This document shows, piece after piece, positions 11,301 through 20,189 of a stretch of DNA of 64,000 nucleotides (the stretch's first letter is position 1; each line of letters opens with the position of its first letter). The position numbers and the translations under genes were made by a program. The stretch spans positions 151,992-215,991 of the forward strand of contig CBDCOZ010000001.1 of the NCBI GenBank assembly GCA_965220085.1, given 5' to 3'. The stretch comes from Candidatus Oxydemutatoraceae bacterium. Lineage in GTDB: Bacteria; Pseudomonadota; Gammaproteobacteria; Poriferisulfidales; Oxydemutatoraceae. The notes under the pieces are model-generated. The model was not told the DNA's origin and ran no database searches. It was given only the letters and a program-made list of their open reading frames with translations.

Positions 11301-14300
11301 CGTATCGGCGGAGATGCAAGCCCCGAAGATTATCAAATACTACCTGCGCAGGTCACGTTGCCGGCGGGTCGAACACAACAGCAGTTCTTTGTTGCCGCCC
11401 GGACCGATGACCAAGACGAAGCCGATGAAACTCTGATCATCCGCATAAGGTCCGCGGACGAAACCCGGTTGCGAGGGGAGCGCCAACTTGCTTTGACGCT
11501 GGAAGATACGACGATTCCCGAGTTGCTGCCCCCGGCGCCGGTGTCGGTCGGCGAAGGCGAGACGGCGCACATTGAGTTGGAAGTCAATACGCCTGTGCTG
11601 CAAGAAGTGTCCGTGTGGGTGGTCGCGACGGGCACCGCCGTGCTCGGCGCGGATTATCCGTATTTGCCGCATCGGTTGCTTATTCCGGCGGGCTCCACCC
11701 GCACTTCGTTTTTGTTGCGACCGACCGCGGATGATATTTTTGAGCCGGATGAACAGATTCGCTTGGGATTCATACCGGCCGACGAACAACTGTTGTCGGG
11801 CAGTCAAACCCTGACTGTGACGGTTCGCGATACCGGCGCGCGGCCGGAATTGGCATTAAATCCCGGCCGACTTTGGATTAGCGGGGAGGCTCGGTACCCT
11901 AGGGCGGTTATTCCGCCGAGCGCCGCCGGCGAGTTGGTGACCGTTGTGGCGCGGGAAGAGACGGATGTGCGGTTCGGTTTGTCCGTTCGTATCGATCCCG
12001 TATCCGCTTTTGCCGAAGCGATCACGATAGAGACATCGGGCGCCGCTGTTTACGGGCAAGACTACCTGGCATATTTTTGGCAGTCGGGCCTTCTGACCGG
12101 ATTGCCCGAGATGCCCGCGCAGAGGGATATCGCGACCGATACTTCAATCGTCGCTATTTTTATTGAGCCGATTGCGGATGATGTTGACGAATGCTTGTTC
12201 AAACACATCGAGGTGCGCGCATCGCCCGGCGAAGATACAAACTTGACCGGGGAGGCGGCGTTTGAATTTGTTATCGCGTCAACGTCCGCGCCGTCGTTTT
12301 CCGTAGCGCCCGCCGGGTTGCAATCGGTTGAGGAAGGCCAAAGCATCGAGGCCACGCTCCTGTTCTGCAATCCGTTGCTGCGTGACGAAATCTTCTATTT
12401 GAGCATCGACGATACCGCCGTCTCGCCCGGCGCTGCGGCGGCGGACCCCGGCGATTACATATTCCCGCCGTTGTTTGCGGCGCCAAGGGGGGCGACCCAA
12501 ACCGTCGTGCGCATCTTAATCCGCGCCGATGGCATTGCGGAACCCGCCGAGGAGTTGCGCCTGGTTTTTAATCCGGCTGATCCCGGCGGCGGTTTGACCG
12601 GGCGGGCGCAACTCAGTCTGGTGATAGAAGATAGGTCGAGGTTATCGTTGGCCGCCGACGCTCCGACACAAGTGGCGGAAGGCGCGAGCGCCACCTTCGC
12701 CTTGTTGCTGGAGCCGCCCTTGAGCGAAGACCTGACCCTGATGCTGACGACGACCGGCAGCGCGATCGCGGGACAGGACTATCGGGCGTTGCCCGCCACG
12801 ATAACGATAGCCGCCGGCAAGGAGCGCGCGCAGTTGACCCTGACGACGATCGATGATGCGGCGGTCGAGCGCACAGAAAGTGTTTTGATACGGGTCCTGC
12901 CGCCGTCGACGTCGACATCGGTCGTTCAAGATCCCGTATTGATTCCGCTGGATATAGAAGACAATGACGCGCAACGTTTTTCGGCTGCGCTTGACAGAGA
13001 CCGTATCAAGGAAGGCGAGCGCGCGCGGGTCACTATCGACACGCCTGTCGGCACGACCGGGGATGTCGCCTTTTTGATAGACCGCATCGGCGGAGATGCA
13101 AGCCCCGAAGATTATCAAATACCTGCGACGGTCACGTTGCCGGCGGGTCAAACGGAACAGCAGTTCTTTGTTACCGCCTTGACAGATGACAAAGACGAAG
13201 CCGATGAAGAGTTGATTATCCGCATAAGGTCCGAGGATGAAGCTCGGTTGCAAGGGGAGTACGAATTTACTCTGACGTTGGAAGATACGACGATTCCCGA
13301 GTTGTTGCCTCTGTCGCCGAGGTCGGTTGAGGAAGGCACGACGGCGACCATTGAGTTGGCGGTCGATACGCCGGTGTTACAAGCCGTATCCGTCGCGGTG
13401 ACAGCGACAGGCACCGCCGTATTTGGCACGGATTATTCGTATTCGACGCAACAGTTGGTGATTGCGGCGGGTTCCACCCGCACTTCGTTTTTGCTAGAAG
13501 CGCTCAAGGATGATATTTTTGAGTTGGAGGAGCGGATTATCCTGACGTTTGCGCCGACCGATGAACAACTGCTGTCGGGCAGTCAAACGATGACTGTGAC
13601 GATTCGCAACACCGATGAACGGCCGAAATTGGCATTAGTTCCCCAGCTTGTTGTTGACGGGGACCCTCGGCACCCTTCGGCGGTTCTTCCGCCGAGTACT
13701 GCCGGCGAGTTGGTTACCGTTGTGGCGAGGGAAGATGCGGGCGCACGGTCCGGTTTTTCCGTGAGCATCGATCCCGCATCCGCTTTTGCCGAAGCGATCA
13801 CGATAGAGACCTCTGCCACCGCTGTTTACGGGCAAGACTACCGGATACATTTTCGCCAGTCCGGTGCGGAATCGGTCGCGCTGCCCGCAGCGCCGGCGCG
13901 GGCGGATATCGCGACAGGCACTCGAGCCGCTGCTATTTTTGTCGAACCGCTTGCCGATGACGTTGACGAATGCAAATTCAAATTCATCGAGGTTCGCGCA
14001 TCGCCCGGCGAAGGGACAAACTTGACCGGGGAGGCGGCGTTCGGGTTTGTCATCGCTTCTGCGTCCGCGCCGTCGTTTTCCGTAGCGCCCGCCGGAGCGC
14101 GATCGGTTGCGGAAGGCCAGAGCATAGAGGTCACGCTCCTTTTCTGCAATCCGTTGCTGCGTGATGAGGTTATCAATCTGCGCGTTGACGAGACCGCCGT
14201 CTCAACCGGCACGGCGGCGGCGGGCCCCGACGATTACGCACTCTTGCCGCAGTCTTTGACGGTGCCGCAACCTTTGACGGCGCCAAAGGGGGCGACCCAA

Positions 14301-14501
14301 ACCGTCGTGCGCCTCTTAATCCTTGCCGATGATACGGACGAACCTGCCGAGGAGTTGCGCCTGCTTTTTGAGCCGGCAGACCCCGGCGGCGGTTTGACCG
14401 GGCGGGCGCGAATCAGTTTCGTGATAGAAGACGTGATGTCTCGAGATTCGGAACCTGTCAAACTGCGCTTGCGTCTCTTTTTGGAAGGCCCGTTGCGGTA
14501 G
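8388..14501 (+). CDS. Paralogous secreted S8 subtilase with duplicated Calx-beta-like block and C-terminal LRLRLFLEGPLR tag
   Basis: VMDSG, HGT and GTSFAAP motifs. Highly similar to 3826..7896. Internal ~1.78-kb duplication (units start ~10856 and ~12637). Confidence 0.9.
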   Translation: MRDTFFKNRYLIAAVAVALGLFFVLQREEPQPLIPDDPSMPQALRAAMSERDFAVGARQIKTHAATAAAVVGRKGRQRLIAIHDPDVTRIDGVMETLANFPEVTVEDMPLFNMSIIEVPASWNLQWLNVLVSLDDSIEAVGPDTINEARAVMPNDPNFSDQRHLHNESAPDLDINAREAWAYTTGTADVIVAVMDSGIDYTYDDWASNLWVNRAEADGVAGVDDDNNGCVDDIHGCDFVNDDGDPWDDEGHGTAVASVIGMRGNNGKLGAGINWNASIMSLKVLGYDSRGRTSDIILAYYYVLRMRLAGHNIRLINASFSAVISGASQCDRERLSATRRMQYIAIEELGRNGVMTVQSAGNDSSNLDNPNEGRIVVPACFDIDGLLSVASLSSNGSLARSSNYGAESVDLAAPGTGVFALGPGRAFSGSYTQTPNYAPAQRKAPDAQSETVVSIAADTTSTAGWSVEGGWARVAEGERIYWTDSPDGNYPNRADFSVTRDPIDLSEYGEDDYLFLSFELATDLEYEPNPSTPPIRCASTFCDALFLEISVDGRDWRALDAWSDVNFADDVSIGIPRWAYSENFQFRFRLVSDPGTNKDGVRIYDIALTRSDTGSDVSVRLSGTSFAAPMVTGAAALLWSFKPDLTLAEVRSAILDNVRPSAVAAVQNGTASGGTLDAAAALHSVAEDGIDLQAGEIALVEGEEGMFALRLTRPPQAPDSVDPGGTLSSDDPPPTMPDAVAEQVALAVTADPASRIRVDTPAITFTPQNWHIPQAVRFTAVDDNLANGDAVARLQVAVRADESVPSYRELPPQTVVVSVADNESKLSLAPGAPTQVAEGASVAFALLLEPALSEDLTVTLTTTGSAIAGQDYQALPATITIAAGEERAELTLTTIDDDVAERTERVLIRVLPPSTSTSVVQDPVLIPLDIEDDDVQRFSVALDRDRIKEGERALVTIDTSIGTTEDVALLTDRIGGDASPEDYQILPAQVTLPAGRTQQQFFVAARTDDQDEADETLIIRIRSADETRLRGERQLALTLEDTTIPELLPPAPVSVGEGETAHIELEVNTPVLQEVSVWVVATGTAVLGADYPYLPHRLLIPAGSTRTSFLLRPTADDIFEPDEQIRLGFIPADEQLLSGSQTLTVTVRDTGARPELALNPGRLWISGEARYPRAVIPPSAAGELVTVVAREETDVRFGLSVRIDPVSAFAEAITIETSGAAVYGQDYLAYFWQSGLLTGLPEMPAQRDIATDTSIVAIFIEPIADDVDECLFKHIEVRASPGEDTNLTGEAAFEFVIASTSAPSFSVAPAGLQSVEEGQSIEATLLFCNPLLRDEIFYLSIDDTAVSPGAAAADPGDYIFPPLFAAPRGATQTVVRILIRADGIAEPAEELRLVFNPADPGGGLTGRAQLSLVIEDRSRLSLAADAPTQVAEGASATFALLLEPPLSEDLTLMLTTTGSAIAGQDYRALPATITIAAGKERAQLTLTTIDDAAVERTESVLIRVLPPSTSTSVVQDPVLIPLDIEDNDAQRFSAALDRDRIKEGERARVTIDTPVGTTGDVAFLIDRIGGDASPEDYQIPATVTLPAGQTEQQFFVTALTDDKDEADEELIIRIRSEDEARLQGEYEFTLTLEDTTIPELLPLSPRSVEEGTTATIELAVDTPVLQAVSVAVTATGTAVFGTDYSYSTQQLVIAAGSTRTSFLLEALKDDIFELEERIILTFAPTDEQLLSGSQTMTVTIRNTDERPKLALVPQLVVDGDPRHPSAVLPPSTAGELVTVVAREDAGARSGFSVSIDPASAFAEAITIETSATAVYGQDYRIHFRQSGAESVALPAAPARADIATGTRAAAIFVEPLADDVDECKFKFIEVRASPGEGTNLTGEAAFGFVIASASAPSFSVAPAGARSVAEGQSIEVTLLFCNPLLRDEVINLRVDETAVSTGTAAAGPDDYALLPQSLTVPQPLTAPKGATQTVVRLLILADDTDEPAEELRLLFEPADPGGGLTGRARISFVIEDVMSRDSEPVKLRLRLFLEGPLR

Positions 14502-14503
14502 CG

Positions 14504-14815
14504 TCAGGCCGCTGTCAGCAGAAAGTCAAGCAAGCGCCACACGACGGCGATGGCCGCCAGGCTTTCTATCAGCGCCACGATCTTTTTCTGCCGAGTGTCC
14601 GTGTTGCCGGTGGCGCAGCACATGACGATATCCATCAGCAACAGTACGAAGACGATTGGCGCGATGACGGGCACGATGATGGTCGTAATCAAGTCGTCCC
14701 AGGCGTCCCATGCGGGGGTCTGCCCGGCTTGCGGCATCAGCAACACCGATGCCGCCGCCGCCATCAGCAGCAGCGTCCTGAATATATTGCCTGAGTTGAG
14801 TGTTTTGCGCTTCAC
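14504..14815 (-). CDS. Small membrane protein, possibly TrbC/VirB2 pilin-like
   Basis: Signal-peptide-like N terminus plus two hydrophobic segments separated by a short basic loop. Degenerate copy at ~7915-7990. Confidence 0.4.
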   Translation of the reverse strand: MKRKTLNSGNIFRTLLLMAAAASVLLMPQAGQTPAWDAWDDLITTIIVPVIAPIVFVLLLMDIVMCCATGNTDTRQKKIVALIESLAAIAVVWRLLDFLLTAA

Positions 14816-14897
14816 GGTGTTCGTTCTGTCGGTCGGTCATTGTAGCGCAGCTCGGATTCCGACCGTTCTTTGTGGCGGGCGGGCTGGCAAAAATGTT

Positions 14898-15092
14898 GGG
14901 AATTATATGCCTGTGTATGCAATCAGACCATTAAACAGGAGTATTTCAATGACAAAGAGAAAGGCAAAGACAATCGGATTATTTGAACTGTATAAGATGT
15001 TTGAAACAGAGCACAAAGCAGTGAAATGGCCGGAGTCAATTTTAGGATTGCGGACTGATAGGCTGTTTTGCATACACAGGCATATAATTCCC
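14898..15092 (+). mobile_element. 195-bp MITE (IS1595-family deletion derivative), copy 1
   Basis: 25-bp TIRs GGGAATTATATGCCTGTGTATGCAA. Internal MTKRKAKTIGLFELYKMFETEHKAVKW resembles an IS1595 transposase N terminus. Confidence 0.85.
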
Positions 15093-15219
15093 AAAGAGAG
15101 GTGTTTCCAACGCCTCTCGCCGCTACTACTGGCAAGGAGCAAGACGATGATTCAGCGGCGGGCTATGTGGCTAGGCTCTTCATCAGGGGTTCACACTGCC
15201 GGACAGAACAAGCCTTGAG

Positions 15220-15621
15220 TCAGGACTTTGGCCTTTTAAAAATTTTCCCAATCTTGTCCTTGAGTGCCTGATAAAATATGAATAGCACCATGGAACCGGA
15301 AAGGAATGTGCCTAACCCCTTGCCATGGTATGCCAGAAAAACCCCTCCAACCGCAAGAACAAGCAGTATGACAAATGTAAACCGATTCGTTTGTTTCCTG
15401 TCATAATGTCTTTGGGCTTGCTCTTTTGCCATGCACTCCAACATCTGTCTCTGCGCCTCGGGAGAATAGCTATTAAATATTTTAGGCGGGAGGATTGGGG
15501 CTTCCCATACTTGTTGCACAAAATGAGATGCTTGTTTGCTTTTGATCGGATCAGTGGGGTCATCAGAGGAGGGCTCGACCGGGGTATCAGAATCTTTAGA
15601 GTTCTCAATTTTAGGCGGCAT
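15220..15621 (-). CDS. DUF2335-like membrane protein
   Basis: WEAPILPP...MAKEQAQRH followed by two TM helices. Confidence 0.6.
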   Translation of the reverse strand: MPPKIENSKDSDTPVEPSSDDPTDPIKSKQASHFVQQVWEAPILPPKIFNSYSPEAQRQMLECMAKEQAQRHYDRKQTNRFTFVILLVLAVGGVFLAYHGKGLGTFLSGSMVLFIFYQALKDKIGKIFKRPKS

Positions 15622-15693
15622 TGCGGTTAGGTTCCGTGCTAAACAAGGCGCTCAGAAGCGCTATATCAACTTTCTTTCTGTCGCTTGAAAGAT

Positions 15694-15978
15694 TCATGCT
15701 ATCTGTGCGAAAACCTTTGGCGCCGAACCAATCACCGCTCGGCTCATCAGAAAAAAGTCGGCAAAAGCCAAAGGGCTCAAAAAACCATTGTCGTCTTCCT
15801 GCTTTCTCATCTTGTTGAATTCGACTGCGACAGCTTTCGCAAGCTCTTCGTCCCGCAAAATGTATTCAATGCTCTCTTCATAAGAGCGCATGGCATCTGC
15901 CATAATCTCCTCTTGCTGAGAGACCGGTTCCGACTCTATCAGAAATGGAAAACCTTGTTGTTTCAGAGGGTTTGTCAT
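15694..15978 (-). CDS. Hypothetical protein
   Basis: Open frame from ATG 15978. The longer ORF call begins inside MITE copy 2. Confidence 0.35.
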   Translation of the reverse strand: MTNPLKQQGFPFLIESEPVSQQEEIMADAMRSYEESIEYILRDEELAKAVAVEFNKMRKQEDDNGFLSPLAFADFFLMSRAVIGSAPKVFAQIA

Positions 15979-16125
15979 AAGCGCTATCTTGCTAACAATT
16001 ATTGATGAACTAATTCGGCAAACAGGAATCATACAAAATAATGCCGGAAAAACAAAATTACGGCGGGTGCCGTTTTGCAATTTAACCCCAAATCCCCTTA
16101 ATAACCTTTGCCTATAAAACAAAAA

Positions 16126-16320
16126 GGGAATTATATGCCTGTGTATGCAAAACAGCCTATCAGTCCGCAATCCTAAAATTGACTCCGGCCATTTCACTGC
16201 TTTGTGCTCTGTTTCAGACATCTTATACAGTTCAAATAATCCGATTGTCTTTGCCTTTCTCTTTGTCATTGAAATACCTCTGTTTAATGGTCTAATTGCA
16301 TACACAGGCATATAATTCCC
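16126..16320 (-). mobile_element. 195-bp MITE, copy 2 (inverted)
   Basis: Reverse complement of copy 1 with a few SNPs. No flanking duplication. Confidence 0.85.
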
Positions 16321-16621
16321 GGTTAGTCGGTGTGGTTAGTAATAACTGCTATACTAGGCATGAGAAAAACAAGGCGAAGTGAAAGCAACGCCCGTTTCCG
16401 AATTATCCCAAACTAAAAAGGTGGCGGTGATTATTATGAAAACTATCAACTGCTCTGCGGGCATTGCAACCGCGCAAAAGGAAACCGCTCTATGGAGTAT
16501 TTGCGAACAAGGATAACATGCCGTAAAAGTGTCATTAAGTTTTGGGCGGTAATTGAGAACAGAAAGCCGACAGAGAAAGAGCTTAAAACAGCATACAGGA
16601 TTACCAAAATGCTAAAACCTT

Positions 16622-17155
16622 GTGAGTACGATGCGGTTTGAGATTGTCGGAGCCTACCTTTATGAGGGGGCGAGGACAGAAACAGCAGAACGGCAGAATC
16701 TTTTCATAAGAAGTGCGATTAACCGCTATTACTACGCGGCATTTCATGTGAAAATAGAAATGTATAAGTGTCTGCACAAAGATCATGGTATAAACCTCAT
16801 GGGGAAAGGCGGAAAAGCAAAGCATCATGGCATTAGAAGAGAGCATAAAAAGAATATATTAAGGAAAATCTCCTCAGAAGATCAATCTACGATGATGAAA
16901 GGGCACTTAGATGCTTTTAGTACTCTCCTTCAGGAAGCTTATGGATATAGGAGGGTAGCAGATTATGAGCCCGATACAGATGTCACTTTAGACACCACAA
17001 GAACCAATAAAATAATGTTTAAATCGGCGACACAAAACGAGTGCATGGAGATAGACTTTGAAGAGGTTCGTGAATGGCCGGAGGAAGCCCGCCAGCGCAG
17101 TCAGGAAATCATTCGGATAGTAGAGAATCAATTGCCCCGTGATCCGGCTAGTTAA
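16622..17155 (+). CDS. HEPN-domain protein, putative retron effector
   Basis: SAINRYYYAAFH and YRRVADY motifs typical of HEPN domains. Same operon as the RT. Confidence 0.75.
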   Translation: MSTMRFEIVGAYLYEGARTETAERQNLFIRSAINRYYYAAFHVKIEMYKCLHKDHGINLMGKGGKAKHHGIRREHKKNILRKISSEDQSTMMKGHLDAFSTLLQEAYGYRRVADYEPDTDVTLDTTRTNKIMFKSATQNECMEIDFEEVREWPEEARQRSQEIIRIVENQLPRDPAS

Positions 17156-17747
17156 TACGATGCATAAATCATCTATCAATACAGGAGACCGACAAGATTT
17201 AGAAAGAACTGTAACCACTTTCCTCCGAAGGCGTTGGGGAAATGAAGTTTCAGGTGTTTTTATGACCATCCATGAAGAGGACGAGACTATTGATGTCCTT
17301 ATAGATCTCTCTGAGGCTTCTCTTATTGACCAAGATGGAATAAAAGCCGACTATTTAAAACTGCTACGGGAGATGAAATTACGCTCAGGAAAAATCAGTT
17401 GGATTGCTCGCAGTGGCTTGGTTGACAAAACGTGGCTCTTAACACTTTTGAAAATCATAGGGTCTGCGAGTCTGCAAGATATCATTAAAGCCGTCAAGGA
17501 AAACTTTCCCTATATAGAAGAGAGCCAAGTGAAAAAGAAAATAGAGTCTTTGCGAAGAAGCGGAGAAATAATATGGCAACCTCCTCACACTGACACAAAT
17601 AATTTGGCCACCTATGCGCTTACTAAAAAAGGGTTGGATATAGCCCGCTCCTTTATTGGAACACAAAGCCCGGACGTAAGAAGGGCTCTATATTTGAGTG
17701 CACAGTGTAAAAAGTGTGTTAGTATTGCTAATAGGAGTGGCGAATGA
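17139..17747 (+). CDS. Winged-helix/HTH protein, retron-associated
   Basis: C-terminal wHTH-like pattern (SLQDIIKAV...IESLRRSGEI...YALTKKG). Overlaps the HEPN stop. Confidence 0.65.
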   Translation: MIRLVNTMHKSSINTGDRQDLERTVTTFLRRRWGNEVSGVFMTIHEEDETIDVLIDLSEASLIDQDGIKADYLKLLREMKLRSGKISWIARSGLVDKTWLLTLLKIIGSASLQDIIKAVKENFPYIEESQVKKKIESLRRSGEIIWQPPHTDTNNLATYALTKKGLDIARSFIGTQSPDVRRALYLSAQCKKCVSIANRSGE

Positions 17748-17894
17748 ATTGCAGGGTATGCCATCATACTCGCCGCGCAAGGCTAGGCAAAGAAGGGCGC
17801 TCCACATTGGGTCGCTTTTCCTTCAGAAAGCGCGACCAAATGTGTCGCTTGTTAAACAATAGTCAAACATAGCCGTGATAGCCCCGCCACTCCT
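17733..17894 (+). ncRNA. Putative retron msr-msd RNA
   Basis: Long imperfect hairpin at 17803-17844, small GTATG/CATAC hairpin, and a 10-bp inverted pair AGGAGTGGCG (17733-42) / CGCCACTCCT (17885-94). Boundaries uncertain. Confidence 0.55.
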
Positions 17895-18900
17895 TGTTTC
17901 CTATATAGACACGAAACATTATCTTCAGGCGCTAGGCGAAGAGTTCTCCTGCGACGACAAAGATAAGATACGCGCGCTGGCTGAGAGGAACTTGCCTCCT
18001 GTTGTTTCGTATTCTTGCTTGGGTTTGCTTTTTGGTTTGGATGCTCGATTTGTTCGCTCCCTAAGTAATGAGAAAAAGTATTACCGCATTTTTAAGGTTA
18101 AGAAAAGCAATAAGCAAAGGCGGATTCATGCCCCGAAGGTTGCATTAAAGGTAATACAAAAGTGGTTTGGTTATCATTTGGCGCGCGCTCTCAAAGAGGA
18201 CTCAACATTCCCTGATGACCACATTTTTGGTTTTGTTCCTGAAAAGTCACATATTCTGGCTGCGCAAAAACATTGCGCAGCCAGACCCGACTGGGTTTGC
18301 TCCGCAGATATTGAAAACTTCTTTGGAACAACAAACGGAGACACCATAAAGAGGCCGCTCATGGGGTTAGGATACTCCGAACATGCTTGCGACATCATTC
18401 TTGCGCTGTGCTGTTACAAAGATTATTTGCCCCAAGGCGCTCCATCCAGTCCTGTTTTGTCTAATCTGGCAATGAAAGAAACGGATGCAAAATTATGTTC
18501 TTTAGCCGAACAAAAGAAGGTGTTATTTACACGGTATGCGGACGATATTGTCTTCTCAGGCTCAGGGGATTTGGATTCCGACCAGTTCCGACAATCTGTG
18601 AATGAAATATTTCATGATACCTGCTGGAAACTCTCTCAAAGAAAAACTTACTTTATGCAACGCGCGCAAGGTGCGGGTCTGAAAGTTCACGGCTTGCTGA
18701 TACATAACGATAATGTAAGGCTCCCTAAATCTTACCGAAACAAAATCCGAGCTTATAAGCATATGCTGGGCCAGGAGAGGCCGAACACAGAAATAAAGAA
18801 AGAAAGCGTGAAGCGGCTAACAGGGCATGTCAAGTATGCGCAACATGTAGAAAATCAGCACATGGAAAATCTCGGAGAGGATTCGGATGAGCCTGTTTGA
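17875..18900 (+). CDS. Retron-type reverse transcriptase
   Basis: RRIHAPK, ADIENFF, LPQGAPSSPVLSN and YADD motifs, plus VHG at the VTG position. No maturase or endonuclease domain. Confidence 0.9.
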   Translation: MIAPPLLVSYIDTKHYLQALGEEFSCDDKDKIRALAERNLPPVVSYSCLGLLFGLDARFVRSLSNEKKYYRIFKVKKSNKQRRIHAPKVALKVIQKWFGYHLARALKEDSTFPDDHIFGFVPEKSHILAAQKHCAARPDWVCSADIENFFGTTNGDTIKRPLMGLGYSEHACDIILALCCYKDYLPQGAPSSPVLSNLAMKETDAKLCSLAEQKKVLFTRYADDIVFSGSGDLDSDQFRQSVNEIFHDTCWKLSQRKTYFMQRAQGAGLKVHGLLIHNDNVRLPKSYRNKIRAYKHMLGQERPNTEIKKESVKRLTGHVKYAQHVENQHMENLGEDSDEPV

Positions 18901-18930
18901 GGCGTTGGTCGAAGGCCTGCATTTCCAATT

Positions 18931-19227
18931 CTAATAATAGGGTCTGGCTTTAACTATGTCCTTTAACTCATCAATCTCAAGCCAAGGTTCTTTGCGATGG
19001 ATCATTCGGTGACAACTAGCGCAAACGAGGATTAAATCCTCTGGGCAGGTCTCGCGCGCGCCGTCGCTGAGTGGTCGGGTATGGTGACACTCAATATAGC
19101 CATCGCCGCGTTCGCCATAATTTTTACGATAATTGAAGTCGCACACCTCACAAAAAATATCCTTATATTCTTCTAAGAACAATGCTTTTTTGTGTTGAAC
19201 GAGTCCGTTATTGATAGTCATCGTTTT
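18931..19227 (-). pseudogene. McrA-like HNH endonuclease, 5'-truncated by MITE copy 3
   Basis: CEVC...IECHH...LVCASCHRMIH. The frame abuts the MITE TIR. Confidence 0.7.
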
Positions 19228-19422
19228 GGGAATTATATGCCTGTGTATGCAATCAGACCATTAAACAGAGGCATTTCAATGACAAAGAGAAAGGCAAAGA
19301 CAATCGGATTATTTGAACTGTATAAGATGTTTGAAACAGAGCACAAAGCAGTGAAATGGCCGGAGTCAATTTTAGGATTGCGGACTGACAGGCTGTTTTG
19401 CATACGCAGGCATATAATTCCC
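19228..19422 (+). mobile_element. 195-bp MITE, copy 3
   Basis: Near-identical to copy 1. Confidence 0.85.
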
Positions 19423-19455
19423 AAAATGTTGGGTTTCTGCGAAAAGTTGTTATGA

Positions 19456-19483
19456 TTGACGGCTATTCGTACTCCGATATAAG
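19456..19483 (+). promoter_or_regulatory. Possible sigma70 promoter for rpe-trp
   Basis: TTGACG-16 bp-TATAAG upstream of ATG 19506. Confidence 0.35.
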
Positions 19484-19505
19484 CAGTATTTATCAGGATT
19501 TGGTG

Positions 19506-20183
19506 ATGAAAGATTTAATTTGCCCGTCTATATTGTCCGCTGATTTGGCGCGCCTTGGCGAACAGGTCAATGCGGCGCTGGATGCCGGCGCGGACATGAT
19601 TCACTTTGACGTGATGGACAATCACTATGTGCCGAATCTGACATTCGGCCCGATGGTCTGCAAAGCGGTGCGCGATTACGGGGTTGCCGCGCCCTTGGAT
19701 GTGCATCTGATGGCGACGCCGGTCGATCGGCTGATCGAGGCGTATGCCGATGCCGGAGCGGATTGGATCACCTTTCATCCGGATGCGACCGATGATGTCG
19801 CGCGCAGTTTGCGACTGGCAAAAGACAAAGGCTGCAAAGCGGGCTTGGTGCTAAACCCGCAGGCGTCGCTTGAGAGCGCGGCGCAGGCCGTGGGCGAGAT
19901 CGATATGCTATTGCTGATGTCGGTGAATCCGGGATTCGGCGGTCAGCAGTTTATGCCGTCGGCGCTGGATAAGTTGCGCGAGGCGCGGCGCCTGATCGAC
20001 CGCAGCGGGCGCGAGATTCGCTTGGAGATCGACGGCGGAATCAAAGTGTCCAATATCGCCGCGGCGAAGGCCGCGGGCGCGGATACCTTTGTCGCGGGGT
20101 CGGCGATCTTCGGCGCCGACGACTATCGCGAGACGATCGGGGCGATGCGCCGCGCCATCGCAGCGGCCGCGTCATCGCGCTGA
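19506..20183 (+). CDS. rpe: Ribulose-phosphate 3-epimerase
   Basis: [38 protein letters not shown]. Confidence 0.97.
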   Translation: MKDLICPSILSADLARLGEQVNAALDAGADMIHFDVMDNHYVPNLTFGPMVCKAVRDYGVAAPLDVHLMATPVDRLIEAYADAGADWITFHPDATDDVARSLRLAKDKGCKAGLVLNPQASLESAAQAVGEIDMLLLMSVNPGFGGQQFMPSALDKLREARRLIDRSGREIRLEIDGGIKVSNIAAAKAAGADTFVAGSAIFGADDYRETIGAMRRAIAAAASSR

Positions 20184-20189
20184 CGGCGG

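Larger units (their letters stand above)
14890..19430. mobile_element. Composite element bounded by direct MITE copies 1 and 3, with 8-bp target duplication AAAATGTT
   Basis: AAAATGTT at 14890-14897 and at 19423-19430. Cargo is AT-rich. Confidence 0.8.

Noticed and set aside
14550-15218. ORFs running through MITEs (also 15694-16311, 19192-19455)
   Set aside because: Chimeras of flanking DNA and the transposase remnant.
17875-18900. RT as a DGR or group II intron diversifying the tagged genes
   Set aside because: YADD/VHG retron-like motifs, no maturase domain or avd gene, and no TR/VR pair with adenine-specific differences seen.
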